Below are positions 13,301-26,975 of a stretch of DNA of 64,000 bases, in pieces. How positions within the stretch are numbered: position 1 is the first letter of the stretch; every line of letters begins with the position of its first letter. The notes beneath the pieces are model-generated. The model was not told the DNA's origin, did not search any database, and saw only the letters and a program-made list of their open reading frames with translations. The position numbers and the translations under genes were made by a program. Source of the DNA: Blasia pusilla (taxonomy: Eukaryota); assembly GCA_050084515.1 (NCBI GenBank), contig CM114271.1, forward strand, positions 45,384,001-45,448,000, in the 5' to 3' direction.

Positions 13301-13914
13301 ATCTATCCTGAACATCGGGAGTCAAACATTTTATTTGGACACACTTCGCATACCTCCAATTTTAGAGATGGAGGCGAGCTCTTGTTTCTCAGTTCGTTGG
13401 AGTCATAATTTTGAATCGTTGGGCCTCTAGAATCGTGTTTGGATACAAGCTATATGTGCAAAGTTCATAGAATTTTTTTATTGTGCTTGATGACGGGAAG
13501 TTGCATCGACGAGCATCACATGTTTGTTTACGACATTGTGTTGGCGTGAATCTGAAGTATTCAGTCCATAAATGCAACGCAATTTCAAGGGTAAGCAATC
13601 GATTGAACTGCATTGAAATTGAAAATGGTCTGCATTTGTGAAGTGAAGGATGGTGGATTGAAAGTTTTAAAGGAACAACATCTGAATCACCTCTTGCTGT
13701 AGCACTTCATCTCAATCGTTTAGCCATTATCGTCTCGACTTGAGGAGAAAGGCCACCATCTCCAAAGAATATTTGAATCACAAACATTTGTGAAATCATT
13801 GATTGGGAGTGATCTAATTGAATAGGAATCTTAGCCATTATATTTGGAAGAATATACCTCCCAACGTCATAACACCCGAAGCATAAAATAAAGGAGCGCG
13901 TACACAACGGTGGC

Positions 13915-16900
13915 CGCCCCCAATAACATGCTCAACACATGCCCATCCTAAGCATTAGCAATAGGAGTCGTCGCACTCACTTCTCCCATCGCCCTCCGTG
14001 CCTGCACACCAACAACATCACCAACTCTCCAGGAACTCTGATCAGGAGCCATCAATGGGATCCTCATAGCCTTGGACAACGTGAAAGACTGAGGAAGCAT
14101 GGTCTATTTCTTGGCTTTCCCTCATTGTGGATCCAACTCTCCGGTTGCTCCACACGTCACAACTACAACGGCCTTCATCTAGGCAACCTTGCACATCCAA
14201 CTAGGATCCTCCCTATCTCTGTCTGTTCCATATGATGTCGATGCCACAGATCCGTCATTGGATTACCTCAATGTCATAGTGGCAATCTGCTCCTGTAGCT
14301 GTTGTATGTGAGCAGCCATCCCAGCCTCATGCCTGGCATCTCCCTTAATGAGTCTAGGTGGTGGGACTCTACCTCCTCCATGGGTAGCTCCAGCTCCTCG
14401 TCCCCCAACAGGACCACCAAGTGCATGATCTCTAGGCCCACCCTGACTGGCTACTCGCTCTGGTGCCCTCTCTCGCCCTCAGTCCGGACATAACTTAGGA
14501 TGTAAATTGAAACACCAGGCGCGCGTGTGACTATACCTTTGACAATAGTCACACTGATAAGCTCATGGTGCAACACCATCTCCTCCTCCATGCTGAGGCA
14601 CACGTCCATGACCCTGACGAGTTCAATCACGATGATGATGGGCTCCACCACATGACCAACAAGTAATTATAAGCGGTTGTTGTTGAGCTGCATATGAAGG
14701 CGGATGTCTCTGTGGCACCACCTCCCGCTATGCTCCCTGAGCTTCGTGGTGCCACTATTGACCTATTTCGGAGTCCACGTTGTTGCACTGGTGGTGCAGG
14801 CAATCGTGACTGCTCTCGCCCAGAACCCATGGTGGCTACGCTCTCCTCCGTCATGTTGTGCTCAATATTCTAAGCGGTCCTAAGAACATCTCTTAACGTA
14901 GGGGAGGTGTTCATAAGAAGCATCCCCTCTCGCACCCGTGTCCGCAGGGTCTGGTCCACCATCGCGTACCATGATTGGATAGCCTGAGCCTATGTCACCC
15001 CTTGAGTTATGTTGATCAACCGGTGCAATCGAGTGTAAGCCTCATGCAAACTCTTACCCGGGCGCCTGCAGAAGTCGTGGATGCTCCGCAACTTCTCCGT
15101 CAGTACCCCCTGGTAGCTCCCCCTCAACTCAGCAAAGAACTCAACCATGGGGTTAAACCTGGGACTAACCCGACTAGATGGTGCAACTGCTCCAGTGCGA
15201 GTGATCCCTCCTAAAACATCACTAGTGGAAGAGGAAGTAGCTCTCCTGACTCTTCCTCCTCATCTGGGAACGGCTCCGTCCATGACACATAGTGTGGGTC
15301 ATAGTAGAGTCGTCATGCCTCAATCTCCTTTGCATATATTTGGGAGAACTCATGGTAATCGTCCATGGGCGCCCCCTCTAAATGCTAGAACATACCATTC
15401 CATGTTGTAAACGGGTTGAACTCTCTAGAGTTCCTAGCCCACTGTGAGTCACACCAACTCGTAAACTACGCAATGAAGTCATGTAGCTCTAAAGTGCCTA
15501 CAACACCCGAAAACCTACGTGATCCTCTACCCTAGTCGTCAATCTCATATGCCCGAGTGGTAGGACCACTCAATGTATATGGTGGATCACTAACACACTC
15601 CTCTATACGCTCCTCCTCGTCTGAAGACGACACAGAAGGAGATCGAGATGGTCTCTCACGTGGAGACCCTTGAAACCTTGCACCACTCCAAGTAAACCCT
15701 CTAGAGCTACTCTCAAGTCCACTACCTTGCCTCTCAAAATCATGAAAGGGCGCCGTGATGGCCCTCGTGCCCCTCTCACACGATCACTCTGAATCTCGCA
15801 AGTTATCCCTCAATCACTCAAACTAAACATGCAACACTCAATCTACACTATCTCATTGAGACGTGTGCTATGCGGCAAGAAGCAAGGTGGTGCGGAAAAT
15901 CAACTGATCTATCGTATCATCGACAAACCAACCTCAACTTTGGACATCCCACACGGGTCTATGTTCCCTAAATCAATAATTCATTGATCCTCCTAGCATC
16001 AGCACAAAACCCAATATCCCAAATAACTTCCCAATACCCAAAAATCCCTCACACGTGCAAGGTAAGAGACCATAATGGATAACCAAACAATAATGTCGAT
16101 GTCGCTCCTTGGAAACTGCAAATCTCGACCCCAACTTGCTCGTGAAGACAACTCCTCCTCAATATGCGGTGGAGGTCCAGCGGTCCAGTGCAGCACTGGC
16201 GACACGACACGACACGGCACGAGGGAATGGGGAGCGGCACTCGACGGTATACCCTCCTAAATCATCAATTCACATGCTCCGCTCCTTAGTGAAAGAGCGG
16301 CTCCATGATCGAGACGATGCGGTGCGGCCACGAGCGGCACGACGCGTTGCGGCTACGGGCGTCACGGCACAGTACTCGATCGTTGTTGCACGGATACCAA
16401 TCATAACCTAGCAGCATGAAATGAAAACTCAAATACCATAACCCGAGGTCACTTGCCATCTCTAGTTGATGACCACACTGCGATGATGGTGGTGGCCAAA
16501 ACAAAGTACATAGTGGCAGCAGAAGTCAAAGAATCAACGGTCGTCGTGGAAGACCCTCCACTTCGTAATGGCAACCAAGACTGGACAACAGCCAAACGCG
16601 GCTCTGAGCAGCGTTGTCATATAGTTAAATCATCCGTTGTGTAAACTCCTCTATCATTAAGTGTTAGAGATTTTTATTAGTATTAAGTAAATTAGCCTAC
16701 GAAAATAAAATTTGCATGTTTAAACCTCTTTAGGGTGACTCATTTGTGCAGGCCAAACTTTAGGAAAAAAAAGAAAATAAATAAAAGATGGGATTAGAAA
16801 AGTAAAGTAGTAAGTTGGTGCTTTAATAAAACAAAAGCAAAATTAGTCTTGGTTAGTAGGGTAGTTTGGAAGATATGAAGGAGTAAAAGAGGATATTTTG

Positions 16901-19049
16901 GAAGAGATAAGAGGTAATCTACTTGTGTCAAAATGTGATTGTCTAAACCTTGAGAGGAAGCCATGTGGCACAAGATAAGATTAGCCTTATTTCGTACTCT
17001 TGTGGATCCTTGTGAGTTTATAAAGAGGAGGGACCTTCAAGGGTTCATCACCTTCTACTTCACATCTTAATCCTCTCGTGTCATTCTTGAATGTATGGCT
17101 TTAGTATTGTTGGCTCTTCCAATGAGAGTGGATTCCAGTCTTGCGAGAATAACTTGACCTTGGTCAATTCTTGAGAGGTTTCTAGAGTGTGATATATGTG
17201 GAGATGAAAGATTTATCACCTTAGATGATTTTAGTCGTACTAGAAATAGAGGATAGTTTGGCTTGTTATTTTTGCAATGAGAGTGAATTACCCTTCTTGG
17301 GAGAGCAACTCCGCCAAATCCCATTCTAGAGGAGAGTAGAGGATGTTTGTCAAGTAGGGTTAGGGATGGAGCACCATTTGTGCCAAATTTTCCTTTCCTT
17401 AACCTGTACCACGTTAAGATTCTCTTTGTAGATAGGCACTGGTTCACTCGCTATCTAGTTTATTACTTTGGGGACGCGTTCATGAACCAAGTCCTGCAAT
17501 CTCTAACTTCCGTGATTCTTCTTATAGTCACGTACGGAAGGACATGGGATTGCACTTTGTATGTCCTTATATAGCTATCCATGGACGTTAATAGGCCTAC
17601 TTGAGTAAGGTTTAACACAAGTTATGCTATTTTCCTTGTGTACAAACGTAAAGTATTTTTACAGGGATTTCAAGGTTAAGAATTTTCAGGTTCCATGGTC
17701 TGAAGAAGTGATCACCTCGGCACTACCATTCGTAATTCCTATCGTGAGAGAATGAAGAGTTTACATAATAATTCTATAATAAAAAAGGAGAAATTCTTAT
17801 AGAGTTAAACTTGCATCAACCACGTCTGTTGTAGCTAGAAGGTCCGCCCTTATTCGAAGAAAGACTCTCGACACGACAACGTTAGGCGCCAGAGGCGGCC
17901 AACGGTGGACACTAGATCCTTGACGGTTACGATTGACCATTAATGATGACGACGGACCCTTGATGGTGAGGGTTGACCACTGATCGTTGATGGCGGACTG
18001 TTGACGATGGCTGGTTTAGGGTTTGAACAATTTAACCCAAAAAATTCACCTAGAAAGGCACTTTTGCAAGATTGACCATACTTTTTTTCTCACGACTCTA
18101 AATTATGCACCGTCTATTGCACAGCGTGCACAACTTCATGAACTACGACGGCATCAAAAAATATGTTAAATCAAATATTCCAATAAAAATTGATAGGGAT
18201 TGTCGTAAAGCCCAACGTCTCTTTCTCCTTCATAAAAATTGGCAGCGCTTCCACGTTCATTTCTCCCCAAAAAAATGTGAAACGTGTGAGAACACAAATG
18301 AGCAAGGTACATTGTGCTCCCAAGAGCACCGGCATGGAGGAATCCGCCCCCATACTCAATTCCTATAAAAAATTTGGGCTGAGCTTCTGCGTGCCACTCT
18401 CCCATACACAAAATTAGCAAAGCAAAACAGCAAACTCACACGGCTCTTGCTCGGTGAGCACTCCCATGAGCCATGAAGCGGGAAACATGATCCCCAACAT
18501 GCACCAAACATCGAGCAACCAACGAGCTCCCCCATAAAGGTCTCTCACTCACTCATTCTCTCTTTGTAAAATAAGATCCAATCTCTCTCATGTCTCTCTC
18601 AATGTCAAACCAAACCCACTATCCTAATCAAAGGCTTGGGTTACACACACAAGGCAAGCAAGACCATACCTCCGCCGCCTTATGCCAAAAGGTTCAACAA
18701 AGAGAGAATGAGCTCTAAAGCTCTCTCTCCTTGAGGTATACCCCTCCCATCTCCCAAGCTTTCTCCATGGTAACCTATGCTCCCAAGTCACCTTCTTGGC
18801 TCTTGACGTGATGTAGGAGGTGAAGGGCCACTTACCAAAAATATAAATTTGATCATATACTCAAAATGGTACTTACCTATAATAGCAAGTTCCTCAATAT
18901 GACTCCAAATGAACCCAAACGAAGGGGAAACCTGCTCTCTCAGGTTTACCATGTCGTCAATAGGTCATCCTCAACCTCTTGAGTCTGTCCTCCACTACTC
19001 CCGAAGGCGCTCTACTAGATCTCATCAATCTATCCTAAAAGACATGACA
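13915..19049 (-). mobile_element. Ty3/gypsy element copy 1 (family 1): complete 5' repeat A (18565-19049), 5' internal region and gag with zinc knuckle; pol and 3' end deleted
   Basis: 18100-19049 is homologous to 48950-49789 and 43496-44022. 15370-16420 is homologous to 47150-48300. The minus strand at ~14490-14560 reads CDYCQRYSHTRAWC (CCHC knuckle). The terminus is CATGACA at 19049. Confidence 0.8.
16640..17765 (+). mobile_element. Unrelated ~1.1-kb LTR-like segment inserted in gypsy copy 1
   Basis: Ends TGTAAACTC...GAGTTTACA form a perfect 9-bp terminal inverted repeat (TG..CA). There is an internal TATAAA at ~17018. No TSD is visible. Confidence 0.55.
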
Positions 19050-19639
19050 GTCGCGTTCCTCCACTTCTTTGCTGTTTGGTTGGTGGATAGGCAACAACCA
19101 TTTTGATGGGATGTCAATTTAGAGACTAGAAACAACAAGTAGTCTCTTGAAGTATTAGATGGCATGCGATGAGTGCATCGGCATGCTTGATTCATCAACG
19201 AAGAGTACTTCCTCCCTCGATTCAAGTATAATTACCGGATTTGGAAAGAAGGCAATAAATCATTGATATTAGCAAAAATGAGGAGAAAGTGACACGTATG
19301 TATGTGGATGGAGTTGGCTGTAGCCATACGGATGTTGTGTATGGGGTACAATATTGTCCTTCCATTTCGGTCATTGAATTATCCCTCTCCATTGAAATTG
19401 CGCCAAGTTGGTACATTGTGTGCATGGTATCTACTCTTGTGTATTTCATATCATTGGAATCTCTGTGTACATGTGTGAAGGGAGGTGTGGATATTGAGAT
19501 TGTGGACTTTGGTGATTCACACTTTGTAGAAGATGGTCATCGGACTCCAATATCCACTGGAACATCCAGGATGGAGGCAAGGTTGGTTAGGCATGATGTA
19601 GAGATTGTATAATCAGATGATACGAGTAGCCAATCGACT

Positions 19640-20590
19640 TTATGATGGAGCGCCCACGCAATCAAAGACATACCTCTAGATCCAGTAGGCCCATTATGGA
19701 CAAATCTTCTAGGGTCACACGGGATATAAGGAAATCTTCTCGCCTTCATCCTCTATTATCCAGTGCAGGCCAAGGATCCTGTGGATACCGTAAGTCACCT
19801 AGCCCCGAAAAAGGCGTTCAGAGCCTTGACCTTGCATGCGGAAATCATGACGGTCCGTAGAAAGGTCGCCCAGGGACTATCCCGGACTGATTGGAAGGAC
19901 CCCAAGTACGCACGCGTATTTTACGTTCAATATGCGGGCACCTCCTAGGTATTTCCGGACCCAGGGAACTGGTGGTCACAGTCAAGAGTAGCATTGTGCA
20001 GTTCGTTAATTTGGAGCTGCACCCGGAACTCACTCGAGGTGATATATACCATAAAAGCGTTGAAAGCATTAAATTTTTGGAATGGAGATAAAAGTTATGC
20101 CCTCCTCAAAACTTTGAAGGAGATTCGGCAAGGCCATGGAGAAGCGACGTTGGGTTAGGAACTATATCTTAACCCTAAAAGTACAAAAATGGAAATGCCA
20201 AGACTCCTTGGTCCACGATGCCTTGGTTAGGGCGTTGGGTAAATTGTCAAGGAAGCATAACTCTGCGGGGCTGGAAAAACTCCTAAGTCCCAAATCCTTG
20301 GAAATGGCGGAGTTAGCTAAAGCCTTGTTAAGAGAGATGCGAACCGATTACAATCTAGTAATCGATATTCGAGACTCGCAGAAGAACTTCCACTTGGCTT
20401 TAACAAGTAGGCTAGACTTTGCTCCGGATGAGGCACGGGAAGCCATGGATAACCTTGAGAGAAAACTCGACAAGTGGTGCGATGAGTGTGAATTCCGAAA
20501 CCCTTTGGATACAGATAGGGGAAAGGCTCGACTAAAGCACGTGGGAAGATACGAGGCACTACCTCTCCAATTTTTGGCTACAGGCTGAGC
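19640..20590 (+). other. Unidentified coding-like insert (frameshifted ORFs including a 150-aa ORF at 20136-20588) interrupting the MULE remnant
   Basis: Consecutive plus-strand ORFs 19763-19948, 19891-20091 and 20136-20588 have natural-looking helical composition and run opposite to the flanking transposase. No family recognised. Confidence 0.35.
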
Positions 20591-20599
20591 CTATTGTGA

Positions 20600-22870
20600 G
20601 GTCCGAGTATCCTATGGGGAAAACCTTTTCACCAGTGAGCATTTGCACAAGCCATATCAATTTTCTTGATGGCTTGGTGGGCATGTTGGACGCTAGGTGC
20701 ATCTTCAGAGTGTGGTGTCACCTTTCGATGGCAACATTCATATCTTGGTTGGACCTTGCATGCTTACGGTATCCCTTGGCCAAGTTCAAGAATTTTGGAT
20801 GCTAGTAGCTTCCATAGTACTTCACAAAGTGTGGTTCTGATCCAACCCACTTGTGCATGAATAGATAGGAGGCCTCGATGGGATCTCCAATGGCATATGC
20901 AAATTATTTATTATTCACTAAACCGTATGTGGGGGGAAAATCAAGGAAAGAGAAAAAAATGTAAGTGTACTATGAGTTTGATTGATGATATACCTTCATC
21001 ACGTGAGTACATTACACCACCCACGTCTCTGTTTATGCCCGCTTTTGTAATTGGACAACGCACTCATTGATGCAAATTCTTTAACCAATTCTTTCGAACA
21101 TGCCATAGGCAGAGGTCAAAAGGGACACCTGGAAACACATTTCGGATAGAAAATTGTTCCTCTTTCGAATCGTCCACAATGAAGCATGAAGGCTTCCATT
21201 CGGTTGCCTCTGAATCTTGCATGCTTGCGTGTATATTCCTCTATGCCAAGTCCTTGATTTGGGACAAGGTCTCCACCTGATCTTTGTGTTGTTGTTGTTG
21301 GAGGATTGCCCATGCCAATGGCAGGCCATTATGGAACTTATCAAAACCCATAAATGTGAATACTTGATATTGTGAACACAGATAACATAATGTTTATAAT
21401 AGAAGATAACTAAAAATAGGCATCATGGTGTATGTAAGAAAAATCCCACAAACTAGAATGCTTAGTGATAAAGATGCAGCATTGACTCACCTGTAATGTT
21501 CATTAAAAGTAGTGGAAAACACATATGTGAATTATGTATTATGAACACACTATATATTAAGTTCAAAATGTCAAACATTTCAAACAATCCTTAAGTAGGA
21601 GAATTTATGGTTCCCTACTCTATGGCTCTATCAATTCTACAACCTCATACGTGTTTGTAACCAAACTACAAGGCCAACTAACCTCATGAGTGTTTGTGCC
21701 ATAGGTTGTGTCCATGAAGATGGCTCCACCTTTCCCTATCTCTAAGAGATTCTAGAGTATCCAAGGTGTGGAAAGTACAAGGCAAAAGGATTGGTCCAAC
21801 TTGGAAATAGCCTCCCTGTAGTAAATTACATTCTCAGGATGTGTTTTTACCCAATGTTGAATTGCAGTAGCGTCATCGGTTTCATCATATCCCCCTTCTT
21901 GTCTTCCCATAGAATGCTTAATATTTAGAATGTCTGTATGCTTAAGCATGGCGTCCCTACCCCACGCATGATTTCTGATCTATGCTCTTTCATGATATTC
22001 TTGGGGCTTACATTTTATTCGTAACAAGCGCTCTACAAAATCCCTACAATGCAAACTAAGTTTTGGGGCAAAAATAGCACTTGCAATATCTGTTGTCTTA
22101 TCTAAGTCACCATGGCATATCCGACCTCCTTGTCCACATGGTTTGAATGAAGATGCCTTAACATGTAGAAACCACCATGATCTACTGGATAGATCACGGC
22201 GAAGTGAAATTGGCATCCACGTCCTTGAGATAGCCCAAAGTGTCTACTTTGGTTTTTTGGCCTGCTACCCTTTCCCCCTATGCGACAAATGTTATGGTCA
22301 AAGATCTCATTGGGCAAAGAGGTATAAACCGACCTATAATCACGCAGTCCATATGCGCACCAATATCAAATGGTAAGATTCTTGTGTCCTGATTTATCAA
22401 TCTTACAAATTCAAAAAGTAGTCTGAAAATGCGGTCTATGTTCTTCACCGCGGATTAATTCATGTACCCTTTCAGCATGAATCCATGCCTCTTTTGGTCA
22501 CCATACCAAACCAAGTGTTCTATTAAAAAAAGGCCTAAGTAGTGGGTTATGGATAGTATCCCATTCTAATGTAGTGGAATATTTTATGTATTTCACCATG
22601 ATGACATAGAAGATAAAGACTTTCGAGGGCTTTGAGAAGCTGCCAAGCACAAGAAGAAAACAATAACATAATAAGCTATGTGTTCAGACCAACAAATTTA
22701 CTCCAAATTACCATTAACACACGGAGGATGGGGATTACTTATTATCATTCATATATCATTGATATCTTGGGTACCCTACCGGTGAGGTACACCATGATTT
22801 CAAATACATCAACTCAGGTCCAGGAGAAGACTTCATCTGATCAAACGATGAAGAGCAGAATGAAAAACCA
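20600..22870 (-). pseudogene. MULE-type DDE transposase remnant with introns, resembling the plant SWIM/MULE-derived At4g13970/At1g60560-like family (assignment from memory)
   Basis: Minus-strand pieces read GCQFHF...HVDK..CHG..AIFAPKLS, DDATAIQHWVKTHPENVIYY, FMDTTYGTN, GFDKFHNGLPLAW, WKPSCFIVDDSKEEQFSIRNVFPG..LCLWHVRKNW and SNQDMNVAIER*HHTLK. These give the D, D, CxxH and E catalytic signature. Stops and frameshifts are present. Confidence 0.8.
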
Positions 22871-25456
22871 ACTTCTACTCCCACTACAAGAAAAAAAAAG
22901 TTGAGAGATAGAGATACATATCTTGCAAATCACAATATAAACCGTAGTCAGGTAGAAGCTGAGCTCATTTTCTCGGCGCACAGAACGGAGCCATCTTTAT
23001 TTGAATGTGTTACTTTATCTTTTGCATCTAGCTAATCCAAACACGCATTTCCAAATTCCCGAACGTCCTATCCCACGCCACACGCTCTGATCGAAGGCTC
23101 TTCTTAATCCGCACTAATCGGGAAGTTATCCTTACTAATCCAACCTCCCTCACTAATCCAATCTTCCTGGACGCATATAGAAGGCTACAGTACCGGTAGC
23201 GGTTATGACACATACTCCATTTTCATTTGCGCGTTTCCCTCGATTACGCTAATACATATGGTAAACCCGTCCTAACACGGACACAACACTATGTTTGTTC
23301 ATTCAAAATGGGACGGCAAGAGAGCGTAATGCGATGAGGTCCAAAACTAGCACGTGCGACGTTCCTCCATGAAATAGAAATTGAGACGGACGAAGTGCGA
23401 TACGGAACGGAAACCTAAACGGACGGAATGCATCTTTCAAAGACGGGATGGAAAGAATCCGATACGAAACGCAAATTGGGTCTGTCCCGTCATATCAAAT
23501 GGCATAATAGACGATCGGATATCCAGGATATCAAGAATAGGTATTCTATAGTTCATGGTTATTACCGTGCCTAAAGCGCTCCCCGAACTGCTTGAGCTTG
23601 AGGCCTACTCTACGCGGCCTTAAACACAAGGCCGCAACTATCTTTGGCTTTCGTAATCGAGCAGGTGTCAACTCTTCAACGGGAAACCAATGTGTTGCTA
23701 TTGGAGAAGAGAAGAATTAACACATACTAGTAAGGTGCTTGTGCCATGCACGGGAAATAAAAAAGTGTTTCAGGGCTAGAATATAATTCGTGAAGGAAGA
23801 GGTGAAGGAGAGAGATTAATGATGTTGCACACAATTTCTTTGATTTTTTTATTGCTTGTACAATGTGAACTATTTTCTTGTTGCCCAATTGCCACATGTC
23901 AAGCAAAGATATGTTTGCAAATCCAAAAGGCACTCTCCCAAAATAGTATAGATGTGCATTGGACACGTGGATAGTTTAGATGGCGAGGAAAACAAAACAA
24001 CTAGCACTTGTAGAGGCAATAGCAAGAAAAAAATATTTTGCGTTCAACAAGATTAATCCCTTCACTCGCGAGCATGGCAAAGGTTGCCCACTAGTAATCA
24101 TAAAGCGAGTGGATCTGTGAATTACATAGACTGAGTGTCAACTACTATCTCATAATTTCAAATTCAGATATGTGTTATTTTCCATTTGAGATTGATATTA
24201 TGTTCTTAATAATATAATGTAAACTCGGGTGTAAGTTAACCATTAGAGTTATATTTTTTAATAATATCATAAATATAATATCCAATTTATCTTATTCGTT
24301 CAAACAAAATTTTGGGAAAAAATACCGAGTGTTGAAAGTATAAGTGTTTGCAAAATGAAATGGCACTACAACAATATAGATGGATTAGTTAGCATGTCCG
24401 TGCTTGAGTGCCAAAATAAGTTTTTTTATAATTATATTTCTCATTCTAGTATTTAAATATAGTTATTCTTTTTAAATCTGAAAAAGCAAACTCTTCTAAA
24501 TAATTGTACTCTTCAATTAAAATAACACTCCACTCTCTTAAAATTATTTCCACCTTTCCATAAAATTTAAAGACTACTTATTTCTCCCCTCTACTCTTGC
24601 CATCAAAATAGCACACATGAATTAGTCAATAGTTACTTTTAATTATTGGAATCGTTTCCCTCTTCCATTTATTTTCCCTTCCCAAGATATTAAGTGTGAA
24701 ATAATAAGAAAAAATAGCAAAAAACATCCAGTGTCATTGAATTCACACTTAATATCTTGGGAGAGGAATATAGATGGAGGGAAAAAGAGTGAATAAGACA
24801 AAAATTATTTTTGCTATTTTGTTTTATTATGAAAATAGGGTTGCCATCTATATTGTAGATTATTTTATGAGAACATTTGTTGATTGATATTGGGGCCAAA
24901 AACAAATCAAGCTACTAAAACAATAAATTCTAAAGGGCATTAAAAACTTCTTTGAAACATAAATAATCTCGTGCAAGTCATAAACTCTACTATAGTTTTC
25001 TTTATCATCAATCGAGTATTCTTTTGAATCATGTATGTTTCTTGTTAAAATCAGTGGAGTATTGATTTTCAAGGTTAAACGAACTAGAGGCTAATGGGAT
25101 GGTTATTACACCCTCAAAAACTCATTTGGATAAATTCTACTCATTCCATCATCATCTCAAGGAAGTAGACTCCTCCATTTGCACATACCAAAACAACTTA
25201 GTTAATGAAAGGTATGTCATAATGATGTAGTTTTGAACTCATTGAACAAAGTGAGTAATTCATTCTTACCTCATCAATGCGTCACAACATTACTTCCGAT
25301 TTGATTTCAACCACATTTTTTCTTTTTGGAGCTAGAGTAGTTACATGTCTTAAGAAAGCAATGTTTTAAACCTTCTTGTATTAACCCCATATATAGTGTC
25401 CCATCATAGTTGGCCGAAAAGTATAATTCTACTATATAATTTAACAATGTAGGGAG

Positions 25457-25720
25457 CACTAGAAGAAAGAAATGGTTGTATGACTAAATTTTAAATGACT
25501 CGCCGCAATGATGACTCAAGATAGGACCTAAATGGTTCAATCATTCATTTTATGGTTATGCTACTCACGCAATCATCTTCTTATGACATGGATAGTTAGT
25601 AATACCCTTTACTCATAAACAAGTAATACCTTTTCACTTATCTACTTTTTGCGAGTCATAAACAATGACTCTATTTTTAATGAGTTCATGCTTCAATCAT
25701 GTCATGTTCTCCTTTATTTA
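25457..25720 (+). mobile_element. CACTA (En/Spm) terminus with subterminal ATGACTC/GAGTCAT repeats
   Basis: CACTAGAAGAAAG at 25457 is followed by several direct and inverted TGACT(C) motifs. Similar motifs recur at 30250-30700. Confidence 0.55.
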
Positions 25721-26579
25721 TGGATATAACTCGTTTTGACCATTCCATTAGAGGGAAGTATTACGGAATTATTTTACAAAGATGTGAACTGGTTTGTACA
25801 TAAACTATCCATACATGGCTACGTCTAGATCTGGGATAATGCACCGGTGATATTCAACACAACTTGAAATTCCCATTTACAATTTCCATGTACATGTAAA
25901 CTTATAATTATAATATTTGTTGTCCATTTACCAATCCTTTGGTAAGGGAACGCCCACATTTCGCATTCATTGTTTACCTTCTTCTTGAAGCATATAAGAA
26001 CTTTTGCATTAATCATGTCATCTACCTAGTATGAGTGGAGGATCAACAAACGGGGAAGGAAAAGGAAGAGAAGGCTTTTAAGAATCATTATTATAAGTAT
26101 TATTTGGATTTTCATAATTTTTGTTAAGTATCTTTACTTCCCACCCTTGGATTGAGTTGAAAACTTGGGGGAGTTAGGGCTTGGAAGGCCCTCTTACCCT
26201 TGAATGGTTTAGATCTCCTACAATATACTCCGTACTAAAACTAGAATTGGGAGACCATTTGTAGGGTTTCTGATTTTTAATTCCTTGTGTGGGAGGGCAT
26301 TTGAAGAGTTTCTTTTTGTTCTAGGGTTTTGACAGTTAATTGCATGTTGTGACAAAGATTCACGATTTACGTAGGATTTCCAAATCAACAAGTGTGAAAA
26401 AGGTAGAGTATACTTTTTTCCAATTATCTAGCTTCAATATGCTCAACCCTAAATTCAATGAGTGGGAAAGGAAATTGTTTGATATTGTGTTTAGTGCATC
26501 TTCTAGAATTATCGCCAATATAGACTTCATGCGTTACCCTCCAAGTTATTCTCTTATAAAGTTATCCTTTAAAGAATTC

Positions 26580-26975
26580 CCTTTGATCATAGTTCAACAG
26601 TGTCTCGTTTGGCATATGTTGGATGTCATGGATGTAGAGAAAGGCATTGTTGAGAATATGATAAAGACGTTATTTGGTGTGAAGGATATTATGAGAGTGT
26701 GGTGAGATATAGAAGCTCACGGAATCCAACCTCATTTGTGGCTATGACCCCATCCTAGTAGACCCCATGGACTTGTGAAACCTTTAGCTGCTTATTATTT
26801 GTCACCAAGTGAGTTTAAAATAATTTAGAATAGAATTGAATAATTGAAAGTTCCTACTAGGTATCATGAAGAATTATGCATACATATGGTGAAACAAAAC
26901 CTATGAAACATAAAATCCCATGACTACCATGTCATGTTACAACAAGTCTTGCCTTATGTTGTTCAAGGAATTTTA
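26580..26975 (+). pseudogene. CACTA/En-Spm transposase fragment (TnpD, Transposase_21-DUF4218 region)
   Basis: Reads WHMLDVMDVEKGIVENMIKTLFG...LSPSEF...LKVPTRY...KSHDYHVMLQQVLP, matching the En/Spm motifs HNLDVMHIEKN and KSHDxHVxMQ. Multiple stops. Confidence 0.85.

Larger units (their letters stand above)
8414..13860. mobile_element. Degenerate PIF/Harbinger DNA transposon (left terminus plus convergent Myb/SANT and transposase genes); right terminus not found
   Basis: Left end TTA|GGGCGGGTCCCCATGG (TTA target, GGG-start TIR) is shared with the MITE at 52775-53062. The two hallmark Harbinger ORFs lie inside. Confidence 0.7.
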
